A stretch of DNA of 64,000 nt, from contig CP158636.1 in the NCBI GenBank assembly GCA_050273025.1, positions 7,750,001 through 7,814,000 of the forward strand, given 5' to 3'. How positions within the stretch are numbered: the stretch's first letter is position 1; every line of letters starts with the position of its first letter. Position numbers and translations under genes: made by a program. Of this stretch, positions 35,901 through 49,453 are shown piece by piece. A model generated the notes under the pieces. It did not search any database, was not told the origin of the DNA, and worked only from the letters and a program-made list of their open reading frames with translations. Source of the DNA: Cenococcum geophilum. Taxonomy: Eukaryota.

Positions 35901-38900
35901 ATATCTTATATAACGCCCTTAACGACTACTACACTACCTACCTTAATAACGTCCTTGTCTTTTTTAAAACACGCACTAAGTATGCTAAGTATATAAATAA
36001 AGTTATCCAAAAACTTGGTAATGCTAGACTTTAGATTAATATTAATAAGTCTAAGTTCTACTCTACTAAAACGAAATACCTCGGCTTAATTATCTTAACT
36101 AATAGTATAACTATGGACCCTAAGAAGGTATAGGCCTTATAGGAATAGAAGGACCTAACATTAATTAAAGAACTATAATAATTTCTTAGCTTCGCGAACT
36201 TCTACCAATAATTTATCTAAGGCTACTCTGCCGTTGCTATACCTATAATAAAACTCCTAAAGAAGGACATTAGATGGCTATAGGGACTAGAATAAGCCAA
36301 ATTATTTAAGGCCCTTAAGGGAGCCTTTACCTTAGTACTAGTACTAGCATACTATGACTATATAAAGAAAATAGTGGCAGAGACAGACGTATTAAATTAG
36401 GCTTTTGACGGAGTCCTTTCCCAGTATAATAATGACGGTAAATTAAGACCGGTTGCATTCTTCTCCGTAAAGTACTCTACGCTAGAGTATAACTACGAGA
36501 TTTACGATAAAGAACTCTTAGCTATTATTAAGGCTTTAAAGGAATAGTGTCCTGAGCTATAAGGGACTAAGGAGTCGTTTAAAATTATTACTAACTATAA
36601 GAACCTATAGACGTTTATAACTACTAAGTAGCTAAATTAATACTAAGTCTAGTAGGCAGAGTTTCTTTTATAGTTTAACTTTATAATTATATATAGACCT
36701 AGTAGCAAAGCCACGCTCCCTAATACCCTAAGCCAGCTACTAGGAATAAGGCCTAAGGACGCTAATAATAAACGCCTCCGCTACCGAGCTCAAGTTGTTA
36801 TACCGCCCTAGAAAATTAACCCTATAATCTTAGAAGAATTACTATATAAGTCCTATAACTCTAACGATATAGAGTTTATAGCCACTCTAGACCCTAAAAT
36901 AGCCGAAAAGTTACTAGATAAGTTAATCTAGTTAGGATACTAGGAGAACAAACTCGTAAGAGATATGGTAGCGGCCCTACGTAATTAGAAAGCTCGCCGT
37001 TAGCTAAAGAAAATTAGAAAATTACTCTATTGCAATAAGTTAGAATATAGTATTATTGACGGACAGATCTACTTCCGCTAACGCCTCTTTATCCCTAACG
37101 CCCTAGACCTCTACCTAGAAGTTATCTATTACTCTTATAGTAGCGGCCCCGCTAGTTACTCTGGCTAGGTTAAAACCCTTAACCTTTTAAACCGAATATA
37201 CTAGTGGCTAGGAATCTCCTAATTCACGGCTACCTTTATTAAAGACTATGCCCTATACTTTTGCACTAAGACCCCCCGTTTTACCCCGCCTAGTTTTCTA
37301 AAGCTACTAGAACTACCTACTTACCTATAGACCGATATTTTGATTAACTATATCACAACGCTGCCGATATACTAACGCCACGGTAAGGTATATAAATATA
37401 TCCTTATTATTATAGACCGCCTAACTAAAATATAATACCTTATTCTAGTAATAGGACTCTTAACAGAGGAGCTAGTTAACGGCTTTGTTAATAACGTGTA
37501 TAAGCTCTATAGTGTACTGAGCATGATTATCTCCAATTACGGTATATAATTTATTAGCAACTTCTAGTAATAACTAAGTAAACGCCTTAAGATAACCTTA
37601 AGACTAAGCTTAGCCTGGTACCCAGAAATAGACAGCTAAACTAAAATTATTAACGCTGCCGTAAATAAATACCTCTATGCTTTTGTTAGCTTTATATAGG
37701 ATAACTAGGTTAACTACCTGCCGCTTGCTAAGTTTGCTATAAATAACTAAATTAACAAGAGTATAGGTATCTCCCCGTTTTTTATAAACTATGGCTTTAA
37801 CCCTCGCCTTGGAATTAAGCCTGCTGGCTCCTGCCTATTAACACTATTAGTATAAGCAAAGAAGGAGTTCTTCCGCGTAGACTCTATAGCTAACCGCTTT
37901 AAGCGGATATTAATATAGCTTAAGGCCCTAGCCTAGATTTTATAGCAACGCTATAAAGATAATACTAATACCCGTAGGGATAAGAGCGCGTTATTCTACA
38001 AAGGCGATATAGTTATAGTTAGCTTAGAAAATATAAAGATAAATAGACCTAAGAAGAAATGGGACAATAAATGGGATGGCCCGTACCCCATACTTATAGT
38101 ATACTAAGGGGCAGTTATAGTAGACCTCCCGGACTATATCTAAGTAAATAAATCCTTCTATATATCTAAGGTCCGCCTCTAGGCTGCTAAAGAGATCCCT
38201 AGCTAAGTAAATATTAATACCGTAGAGCGCCATAATATACGAGGACGAGTAGTAGAGAGAGATAATAATAGTAATATAAAAGATAAATGGGAGTTTAAGA
38301 AAATCCTTAATATACATAACGAAGACCCCTAAGACCTAACTTATAAGATTAAATGGAAATATTATAAAGATATAACCTAGCAGCTAGAAGAAGACCTAAA
38401 GGGTTGCGAATAGGCTATATAGCGCTTCTATAAGTAACACCCTAAAAAGCTAGGACCCCCAGACTGGGTACGAGATAAGGAAAAGTTACGCTAAGGTTAT
38501 AGCCGACCACCGTGTTAAAAAAAATTATAGTGGTTGAGATGTTATGGAACTTTGACTAGCGGTTAAAGTTGTCTAATTAGTTAGATCCTTGCCAAGAAAC
38601 GCTATACGGATTAATTTAGGTGGTAGTGTAGAGTTTTACCGACCTTACTTACTAAACTAACTAATTAGGATTTTCTATGCCCGGCACGGAAAATCGCCAT
38701 TAGCTCAGTTAAGGGCGGTAAGCGGAACCGATATCTTTGCGGTAAAAAATAGGCGACCCCAAATACTGCCTATTTTAGAGTTATCTATTTGGTTTAGGGA
38801 CTAAACTATCTAGGGGAGAGGAGTACTATTACGGCACTAACCTAATGCATACTGTTTTATACTATCTCGTACTGTTTTCTACTGTTGGCTGGCCTATCAC

Positions 38901-39332
38901 TAGTACCTTGGCGGCCGGCCCTACTATTTGTATATAATACCCCCTTTTCACCTTCTTCTCCTCTTCATACCACAACGTAGTTATTCAGTCTACTTCATTG
39001 CAGCACTGTGACAGCGATTGCTTTATAAAGGGTTTAGCCGGAATGCAATTAACTAGGTCTTTAACTTCTTACTACTACTTTTAGTCTTTTAATTATAGAG
39101 ATATCTACCTATCCTTAGACAGGCTCCTTTTTTAAAGTTATAGTATCTTTTAGATACGTGCGCTTTAACAAAAAAGCTACCATATTCCTTTTTTCCTAAT
39201 ACCTTAAGGCTGCTTTCCTATCGATAGTTAGCGGGATGTAACTAAATATAAAGGATATGTACCTCGGTCTTTTAGTACTAAGGCCTTCCGCTTATACTTC
39301 TAAGCTAGTAGCTATACTTAACCGCGGGCCAT
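30000..39332 (-). pseudogene. DUF7924-like multicopy fungal protein pseudogene, split by Gypsy B (3' end approximate)
   Basis: YLPFLTYEVKYSATALNITD*QNVYSI (=YFPFLTCEVKCGAAALDIADRQNAHSM, ~31205-31285) and downstream YPVINGPKTTFYRYLIRTF; candidate ATG at 39332 (MARG...). Family name recalled from motif, not searched. Confidence 0.7.
32023..39013 (+). mobile_element. Full-length Ty3/Gypsy chromovirus B (RIP'd)
   Basis: 187-bp LTRs 32023-32209 and 38827-39013 (tgttacggcac...tgtgaca); TSD GCGAT (32018-32022, 39014-39018); PPT ggggagaggag; RT YLNNVL (~35939), RNase H, integrase, chromodomain (~38290). Confidence 0.95.
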
Positions 39333-40355
39333 ATTAATTAGAAGGAGGGGGTAAGATATATATTTATATTATTGTTGCACTTAAAGTAAGTCCGTAGGTT
39401 AGTAAGTATAATATTAATAAGGAAGGATGCAACTAAAGCTCTAAACGCTTAGGTATGTATACTATATAAATTTATCTATACGGGCTAAGCCGGTTAGTAA
39501 GATCTCTAAGTTATAGCTAAGAGGATATTAGTAAAGTTTGTACGTTTACTAATCTTAAAATCCTAGTTAAAGCGCAGATAATACGCACCGGCATTACTAT
39601 AAGGATGTTTCCAGGTAATAGAAAAATTACTTTAGTTTTTATAGCTTAGGTTATACATATATAAGCTTCCTTAGTAATTTCTTACTACTTAGCTTTCTAT
39701 AAGATACTTAGCCACCTAACTAGTAGAGGCGGCAGGATTCTAACTATTATCCTAAATATACTAACTATTAACCACTATAGACTAAACAAGTCGATAATGG
39801 TATAATGCCTATAGGAATTATATTGCTTAGTTATACTAAAGTAACCTAGCTCCTAGATTCCTAAATTCTTCTATATAAAATTATACCCCTTAATAAGCCT
39901 ATAGAGAGAGCACCATCTAACTACCTAATTTACTCCTAAGTCTATTTAAACTAAGAAGTCTAGAAATAGTTCCCTTAAAGGGCGCCTACCGTCCAGTATA
40001 TAACGGCAATACTTTTATAACTAATAACGGTACAACATAAGTTAAGTTTAAAACTGTTAGTAGACCCTTTAGAATTTAGTATTATTGTATAGGATATAGT
40101 TATTTATAAAGGCAAACCGATCCAGTATAAAGCTAGCGTAGTAGCCCTATTCGCTTACTAGCTAATTAAGGATTTATTTAAATATAGTTTAAAGCTTTAG
40201 GCTAAGAATTAATGTAAAAAAATCCTAGTAGGAAGAACGCCTATAACACTAATAAGTGCATAGATATATGGATAATTTAGTAGCTATAAGGAGATAAGGA
40301 GTAGTCGTAACCTATTATATAAAGTTATTTTTCTATACTAATATTATATCGTCTT

Positions 40356-41178
40356 TTCTTATACATCCCTAGCCTATATAGGGAGAGCAGCAAGAGAAAA
40401 AATACTAGGACAGTGGAAAAGCAGCTGGCAACAGAAAAAAAATAAAGGAAAACACTATACTAGGATCTCTAGAGGAAACTACTCTTTATCTCTTAAAGCC
40501 CCTAAGGATAAATATCCTAAAAGGTTACAATCAGCTTTCTATCAACTAAAACTAGGAAAAGGCTTCTTTAAATCCTTCTCTAAGACAATAGGGAAGGATA
40601 AAGAAGGTAGATGCTTTAAGGGCTGTAGAGCTATACAGACTCCTAAGCACCTATTACTAGAATGCAGACTATACAGGGAAGAGAGAAAAGAAATGCAAAG
40701 ACAACTAAGCTCTTCTCTCTCCTTAGGGAAGCTCTTTTGTACAGAGAAAGGAAGAAGGGCGCTTTTCCTATTTCTAAGTAAGACAAAAATAGCTACTAGA
40801 GAGTGGCTAATGGAAGTAGAAGCTTTAGAAGGAGGTAACTCCTACTAGACTTTTAGTAAATAGATAGTAGTAAGCAAAAGGACAGAAATAAACTATAAAA
40901 TGTATAGGGGCAGGCGTTAGGATTCGTTTACCGTTTCTTTTACCGTTTTTCTACTGTTTTAATACTACCTAATAGTTGTCGTAACCTAGTATTTTACTAG
41001 GGAGCGGTAAACCTCTAGTCTAGAGGTTTATAAACTACTAGGACATAGCTACTAGTACATATTAAGCTGCCTAGAAAGGATTCATGTATATAGAACTATA
41101 GCGCTATAGCCTAGAGGCTGCATGCGCAGTATTGTACGTAGTACAATACAATGGATATAAAAAATAAAAAATAAAAAT
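40356..41178 (+). mobile_element. 5'-truncated LINE (second family): ORF2 C-terminus, 3' UTR and A-rich tail
   Basis: TSD ttatatcgtctt (40344-40355, 41179-41190); QLKLGKGFF...CFKGCRAIQTPKHLLLEC knuckle; (taaaaaa)n tail. Confidence 0.88.
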
Positions 41179-41493
41179 TTATATCGTCTTATAAGTTTAA
41201 AGGTTTTACCTTTATAGCTATAGATACGGCCGTAAATAATATATTAACTCCTCTATAGAATTCTTTATAAATTTTAATAGAAATGGTTATATATATATAT
41301 TAATTCCCTCTAATAGTCTAGTGCCTATAGAATTATATTGCTTATATTAAAACTAGCAAGCTCCCTTATCCTACGGATTCTTAATCCTTCCGTATAAAAT
41401 TATAACTCTCTCCTAGTATATAGAGATTAGCACTATCTAATCTAGTCCCCGTATTCTCCACCTAATAGTACTTATATAATTCTACACTACTTA

Positions 41494-43134
41494 CTTAACT
41501 TAAAGGAGGGCCTATTACTATTTAATCTAACCTCTTTATCCTTTATTAACCGTGTTTATATTAATCTGCTTACTTAATCTAACTTCTAAAAACTAAAACT
41601 GTCTAATCCGGCCCCTATATTAAAGCTCCCGCGTATTTTAGGGCATTTTTAGTTTAGTATATCTTAATTATAGAACCTAGCTAGATATTCTACGTGCTAA
41701 AAAGGCCCTCCGCTGCTAGGTGGCCGGTCCTTAAAGAGATCGATTTTATATAGCTGTCTAGTTACAACCTTATATATTATAGCGCCAAAGTATATAAATT
41801 AAGTAGCTAGCGTTATTAGTGCTAAATATACTTTCTATAAGTTCTATAGCAGCTATCTAGTTAGCTAGATTACCAAAGGTTAGGCAGTATACTCTTACTA
41901 CAGAAGTTTTCGATCTTTAAGCCTAAAACCTACCCTTATAGTATTAGATAAATTTATACTTCTATATAAGGGCGATATAAAATAGCTAGTATTATCTAAT
42001 TTAAGCCTTTACTCCTTTTTCGAGTCTATTCCCGCATTAATCTTTTAAAAAATAGTAAAAGCTTACTTAACCTAATTTAAGCTCCTTTATCCGCCGTACT
42101 ATTTCCGTATAACTCTAGTTTTTTTAGTTAATCCGTAAATTCTACCTAATCTAGGCCCCTTATGCTCCACCAAACCGTAGGTTAGCTTAATCCTCTTAAC
42201 TTTATAAAGGCTAGCACCATCTAATAACACTTAAATACTCCCCGCTTCGTAGAATCCTACCCTACTCGCTAGGGTTAAGGAGTGCCGCTACTATATAATC
42301 TAGTTAGATTCCCGTAGTTTTATCTAGTATGCTTATATAAAGTTACCTAAGTAGATAAACTTCTAGAGACTAGAGCTATTTAATCCTACCTTAATATTTG
42401 CAATTAAAGCCACGTTTATATAAGCTAGCTCCACTCGGTTAAACCTATATAAGGACATTACTAAGCTATTCCCCTTAGCTTTACGCTAGTAGTTTAGCCT
42501 AAGAGAGCTATAATTTGTTAAATCCGACCCTGGCGTCGTCCGCCATTAATACTTATATAAATTTACCCTACTTAATTAACTTCTAGATACTAGACTTGTC
42601 TAATTTAATCCACCTATAAACGCTCGCACCGTTAATACAACCCCCTTATTCTGCATTAGACCGTCTTTATATAATACTATTCCCCTTACTATAGCTCCTT
42701 TACGCTCCTTAGAGCTATATCTACCTTAGATTTACACCGCTCTGCCAACTAGTTAAGGTTAGCACTGTCTTATCTATATCGGCCATACCTACCCTACTTA
42801 CTTAGACGGTAGGGGTCTACTAATATAACCCCTCTACTCTGGATCAGGCTATATCTATATAATAATCTATATAACTTAGGCTAAACCTAGCTAACACTAT
42901 CTAATCCGGTTTGCTCTTTACTAAGCTATACCCCTATAAGCCCGCGCCACGCAGTCCAACTAAGGAGCATTTAAGTTTATACTAGGTAAAGCGGGTCCAT
43001 TAGATCTCCTCTCTAACCTATACCCTAATCCGCTGTTAAAGCATTTAAAGGGCCTACCTAAACTAATTGTTCTAGCTATTTATATTATAGGTTTATTTAA
43101 GAGTGCGTATAAATCCTTCGGCTAATTGCCTTAT
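41494..43134 (-). pseudogene. RIP'd intron-containing gene for an unidentified, partly coiled-coil protein
   Basis: Frame from ATA at 43134 whose stops are explicable as CAA/CAG/CGA/TGG; intron gtaagt...gctaac...tag at ~42801-42749; no family recognised. Confidence 0.4.
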
Positions 43135-46100
43135 GGTTTTGTGGTTGTAAGCGGTATATATAAAGGGGGAAACTATACAGTTATTAGCCAGAAGTTAATA
43201 CTAAAATACTACTTAAAATACTTAAAATAATAAAATAATATTTAATAAGGAACATTTCGTATAATATAGCTATTTTAAATAATCTTAATAATAATAATTG
43301 CGGTATAACAACCTGAAATCTAAAGCTGGACATAAGTTAAGCTAAAGTTGTTAGTTATTAAGATAAGGGGTAAGCGTAAATATATTAGTAATAGGTTTTA
43401 AGGGGTAGCTAAGTCCGCAGCAGTCTTGGCCAAAATTTTGGTTTAAGGCGATATTGGGTATCTTTAGCCGATTCCCAAATTTTCGCCCTAAGGGCCCAGA
43501 ACTAGGTACCCCTTGCGTGCTTAAGGCGTGCTTAGGGCTGCTTACCCTTAGCTTAGGTTAAAGCGGCGGCTGCTTAGGTCCAAAGACGGAAATAAACCTT
43601 AGTAAGGGGAGTTTTCGTTAAAGACTATAAAGGTAGAAAGAAAGCTTTAGGACCTAGTATAGTGAACCTTAGCAATCGAGTATATAACGCAGTTTTAGAC
43701 ATTAGCTATATAGGTTAAATAGAATAATAAGGCGCTTATAGCACAGTATAAATAAGGACTTAAGGTAAAAGTCTAGGATGTAATTATTCTGATGGAAGAT
43801 ATGGACACCCTTAGGGAATTAATAGATTAAGCAATTAAGATTAATAATAGGATCTTCTAAAGGGAACAGGCTAAAAGAGGCTAGGATAGAGTTCTATAGT
43901 TATATAAGGCGTAAAGTATATAATAACCAAAGCTAAATTAGAAACTATAGTATGGCGCAGAGCTAATAGACCTAAGTAGTACTAAAGAAAACTATAAAAG
44001 ATAGAAAAAATAACTATAAAAACCTAAAGGTTAAGGATTGAGTAATTATAGGACTAAGAAGTATAGGCTAAACTAAGAATCTTAGTAGTAGAAGATATTT
44101 AAGCGGACTCCATAATAAAAGCAATGGTTTAAAGATAGAGCTTATATAAATTGCGGAAAATAGGGTTATTTTGCCAGAGACTGTAAAAGTGGTTAGAGTT
44201 ACTATATAGTAAAGAAAACTAGACTAATAGTATGTGACATATACGTATAGAGGGATAATAGTGTACTATAAGGAATAAAAGAGTGTTTAATTAAAAGTTT
44301 TGCGTTTTGTTATAATAACGCATACTAAATTTATAAAGACGCTAAGTATGGCGTAAGCTATTGGCCATAAGAGCCAGAGTTAAGAGAACTTAAAGGAACT
44401 AAAGAGTTAGACGAAGAATAAGATTAACTCTATAAGCTAGATTAAGACGTTATAGCGATAAGTAGATAAAGATTAGCGACACTAACAATGGAGTCGGAGT
44501 ACTTATTAATTAATAGTAATAAGGAAGAAAAAGGAACTAACTAGGGGTATTTAAACCTTAATAACGCAATAACTAAAGTAGAGACTGGGACCGCTATAGA
44601 GCAAGGTTTAGTAACGGGAATTATAACACCGTTAGATACGGCATCTATTGCTTTATAAGACGGCAGAAAGAGTATCCTAAAGGGATTAAGTAGGCAAACG
44701 ATTGCTAGTGCTAATTTACTACTTAATAAATGTAAAAGGCTAAAGGCCTAAGATTCTTAAAATAAGATAAGAGATAACTAAGATTCTTAAGATAAGATAA
44801 GGCACACCTAAGGACCCACAATAGACGAAAACCGATGGAGTAGGGCAGCAGCTTAGTTTAAAAGCATACGGATAAGCTCGGGATAAGAATTTCCAACAAC
44901 ACAAAACTCTTAAGACGAGATAAGTAAGATTTAAGACTCTTAAGATGAGACGAGAATACTTAAGCCTAGTTAGACTAAGGTAGGAGCAAAGCTTAAGATA
45001 GAAGTAAGCTTAGGATTAAGAATCCTATAGAACTAAGACTTTAATATACAAATAAGGACCATTAACAAGGGAATTAGGAAGTAAGAAGACTTTAAAAATC
45101 CACTTATAAGACGCGAAAAGAAAGAAACCATAGCAGAATTTAGAGTAAGAATTACTATATGGCAAGAGCAGAAACTAGATAAGAGATCTAGCATACTAGG
45201 TCGTATATAAGAAAGAGCACTAGTATAAAGAATTACTAATAGACCTAAGATAGGCACATTAAGAGCTAAGTAGCTTACTAAACTAGAATAAGAAGAAGAT
45301 CTAGGGATTCTAACTAGGTTTAAAGAACGACACATAAAGGGCTGTTATAACGTAGTAATAAGAAAATACTTCCTTATAGATAAGCCGTATACACTCTAGT
45401 AGCTATACTAAAAGTGGTATAGGCAAAGGCACAACGATAAGTAGGAAGATTTCTATATGTGGTTAGATGAGAAAGTTATCTAAAACTACCTAATTATAGA
45501 AAAAGCAATAAATCATATTAAGGGAGCCTTAATTATAATATTAAAGGATCTAGAGGAATAATTAGAGGACTAGAGAAGTGAAAGACATATCTTAGTACCT
45601 GCAAATAAGGCCGTAACGTTTAGATTAATATAATAGAGGTTTAAACTTAAAGATAAAAATAAATTAAAGGTTAACCTAAAGCACCTAGTATACTATATGC
45701 TATTATAGATTGCATATATAGACAATATATATAAAATATATAAGAACCTAAAAGAGAAGAATTGGAAATACCCTATAAAGATATATTAGGCGCTAGATAA
45801 GTAATAATATAGGAATACTAAGTATATACACGGCTAGTATCTAGTAAAAGTTTAAAAGTTAGGAAATTTAATACTTTAACCAGGAAGATTCCTTATGGAA
45901 GAATGCCTAGATAAATAATAGTGGTGGGAATGCCAAAGAATACATATCTATAGTATATTAAAGACAAAAAGTAAACGAAGTATTAGCTAAAAGTGGACTA
46001 AGTATAAATAGGGTCTAGTAGCTAATAGTTAGGAAAAGTAGAGGCCTATAGGACTAGAGGGAACTAGTAGTAGAGCCTTAAACCCTTAAAGGAATTTAAA

Positions 46101-47010
46101 AACGACACCTAAATTTACAAGTTAATTGGCAAGATTAGTAGTTTAAAGTATTAGTAGATAGTAGAGTAATAATGAACAATATATTACTAGTAGTAGTAGA
46201 AAGGATAGGGCTACTATACAGATAAAAAGAGTACCTATATCTATTAGTAACGATTTTAGGAGATCTAATAGCCTATAGAGGAGGCATTATTAATCTTAAA
46301 ATAGGACCAATTTAGATAACTATTAAAAGAAGGTAGATCGAGATATCTTTTAATATATTACCTTTGGGAAATAATAAGGCAGTATTAGAAATGCCTTAGT
46401 TACAGAAATATAATCTAAAGATTAATTGGATTATAGGTTAAGTCGATATTAAAAATACACGATAACGCAAGATATAATAATAGACTAAGTTGGTATAGTA
46501 CTAAGTTGGAGCGATATATAAAGAGACTAATTAGGGATTAAGTTATATACTAAAGAGATACTATAAGTATAGCAAAAAGCTATAGTTACTAGAAAGTAAG
46601 AAGCTGTTAAAGTATATAGTATAGGACTATAAAATAGAGTTAGAACTAAGAATAAGTCTAAGGTTCTTTCTAACCTATAAGCTTATAGAGAAAGAGTTAT
46701 AGGTACTTAAGGAGTTTGTCTAGGAGAACTTACGGAAGGGATATATTAGACTATCGTAGTTATTAGCGGGTTATCCAGTACTATTCGTACTAAAGAAGAA
46801 TGGTAAACTTAGGCTATACATTAACTATAGATAGTTAAATAGTATTACTAGGAAGGATAGGTATCCTTTACCCTTAATTAGCGAAATCTAAGATAGGATA
46901 GATAATATATAAATCTTTATAAAGATAGATCTGAGGTAGTCATACCATTAGATTAGGATTAAGGAAGGCAATAAATAAAAGGCAGCCTTTAGGTTAAAGG
47001 AAGGACTATA

Positions 47011-49453
47011 CGGAGGTCGCTAACAAAAGTTCCTACACCTTCCTAATTAGGAAAGTACGGCTCACCGCCCGCCAAAAATCCTAAATTTGATCATAAAAGC
47101 TTAAAAGTCACTTAAAAAGCTTTAAATAAAAGGCAATATATATGCGATTGATTGATTGATTAATAAGCTAGGTATTTTTAAGGTTACGGGCTCTGCGCGA
47201 CCGTATAATCCTGTCCTGCACTAGCTCCTCCACTGGCCCTATAAGGTCCTCTAGTTGAGAAGCAACCTCTCGCCGCTACCTTCTTCCTGCCTTCTTAGCA
47301 ATCGTTTGTATAGACGTTTGGTGTTTTGGAGGCTCTAGAGGCTCTACATGACGATCCGCGGGTGGCTCTATAGACCTCTTTCTGTTAACTGAGCTGCTAG
47401 TAGAGGCTCTGTCGTCACCTATAGCCTCAGCAGAGGCAGCGGCAGAGTCCTTTTTTGGCCTTACTAACTTCCTTGTAGATTGATTAATTGTATACCACCT
47501 AACATTCATTGCTTGGTGTTGATCCTCCTGTAGCTGCCTAATTTGAGGCTTAATAAAGCTGACTTTAAACGCTGCCTTCTTTACATTCCTGCCCTTTGTA
47601 TTCGGTTGATTTTGAAGCTCTCGTGGCTGAGGAGAAGGAGGCTCGATGGGCGGTGGAGGCTTAAGAGGAGGCTTCTTAGAGGGAGGCTTCTCGGAGGGAG
47701 GCTTCTCGGAGGGAGGCTTTGACTGAGTAGGCTGGTGAAGGACCCATTTGGCCCAACGTTGGCGACGCTGCTTTAGATCGTGATCGCCATATAGAGGCTC
47801 CAGATCTAGAAGCTAATTCGGAAGTTAAGGTCCTATTTTCATACGCTCTGGAAGCTCTGGTTCTTGTGGCTTGCTTATTAGAGGCTTTACGGGATTAACT
47901 CGATTAAGGCTTAAAAGCACCTGCTGTCGCATATATGCAATTATATCGCACCAATATTAAGCCATGCGCTTGAGAGCTTTCTAATCGCGAGTAGAGTCAG
48001 CAGCGCCTTTAACGTAGTTATTGCCTCCTCTGTAACGGATTACCTCTTTAATATGTCGTGGTATTCGCTTAATCTAAGCTTGTATTCGCTACTGTTTAAG
48101 CTCCTCCTAAGCCTTCCGCTATGCTTATTTAGCTTCTGCTCTAGTCCTTAGTACTCCCTTCTTTGTAGTGACTCGTTTAAGGTATAGCTAAGCTAGCTCA
48201 ATTATATTTAGATTAGGTGAATTACCGGGCCAAATAAGGCGCTGGAGGCATACTGCGTTAAAGTAGATCTGCTGGTAATGCGATGCGTAAGCTGGAGCCT
48301 TATCCTCCTAAATAATAGTATCTAGACGATTAATTTAATATTCAACACTAAAAGGAATAAGGATTGGCAGGAGAATTGTGGTAAGGTAGCGGTACCAGTT
48401 AATGCCGCCTTTCTCGCCATTTCTTTAAAAGGCGCCGTTCTCCTTTGTTATACGGAATTAAGGCTTTTTGCCTGGCTTATTACGAAGCCCGAGTTGTTGC
48501 ATACTAGTATTAAGGTCCTAAGCCTGGCAAAGCTCTGGTTTAATTGCTTCGTTAATTGCTTTAAGCTTACGCTTTAAAGCCTCCTTCTCTGCTGCAGTCT
48601 CTGGCCTCTATATATGGCAGGGAGCCTTCCGATTGTATAAAAAGGCACCCCAAAACATAAACTCTGTAGCTTTAGGAAAGCGAGGTTGAATTGCCTTCTT
48701 ATTTACCTTCTCTTTAGCCAAACGCTAGAGCTTGTAGCCGCCTCTTCTATGGCCCAAAACGACGCCCGTCTTGTCGCTCCAGATTACAGCCTTCCAATCC
48801 TTAATTGTCTAATGCTCGTACCGCAAGGCGAATTGAAGGCGAGCCTCTTTTATCTGTGGTAAGAGGCAAGGCTTTCTTATTGGCTTTGTCTTACGATATC
48901 TATAGCGTCAAAGAACCCGCTAGACGCTTTGTGCAGAATAGCCGCATTCAGCAGTAATATAGGTAGAGGACTTCTCTCTACCAAATTGATTGGTGGTAAC
49001 TTTCTTAAGGATTCGCTGTTCAAACTCGCGAGTAATTTTGGGCTTTCTACCGGAGCGAGGAGTATTAATGAGGTAGCCGTTAAGGATAAGAGGATTAGTT
49101 TTAGGGTGCCAGCCACGATTAAGGGCTTTTTTAAAGATAAGTTGCAGCGCTCGACGCTTTATTTAAGTAATGCTTTTAATATGCTTAAGGGTTGCTCCTA
49201 TAGCCTTCATGGCTAGGGCCTGAGCCCTAGTTGCAAGCTAAAAGAACCCTATAGTTAGTACACTAAGATTTAAGCTGGGGGAGTTCTTACCAGTAGTTAT
49301 GGAGCGAAGAGGATTTGGTGGCGTTAGTGTCGGTGTAATAAAGGTAACGAGGCTGCAGATGTTTTCTGCCGTCAGTATATTTTGGGCGGTCAGCGGGCGG
49401 TAGCCGTACTTTCCTAATTAGGAAGGTGTAGGAACTTTTGTTAGCGACCTCCG
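47011..49453 (-). mobile_element. Tc1/mariner-superfamily DD34E transposon (Ant1/impala-like), lightly RIP'd
   Basis: TIRs cggaggtcgctaacaaaagttcctacaccttcctaattaggaaagtacggct; TA TSD (47009-47010, 49454-49455); VIWSDKT, EDKAPAYAS...WPGNSPNLNIIE with 34 residues between D and E. Confidence 0.95.

Noticed and set aside
38657..38705. Hammerhead ribozyme in the shared hairpin
   Set aside because: The GAAA lies inside the stem and no proper CUGAUGA three-stem core can be drawn.
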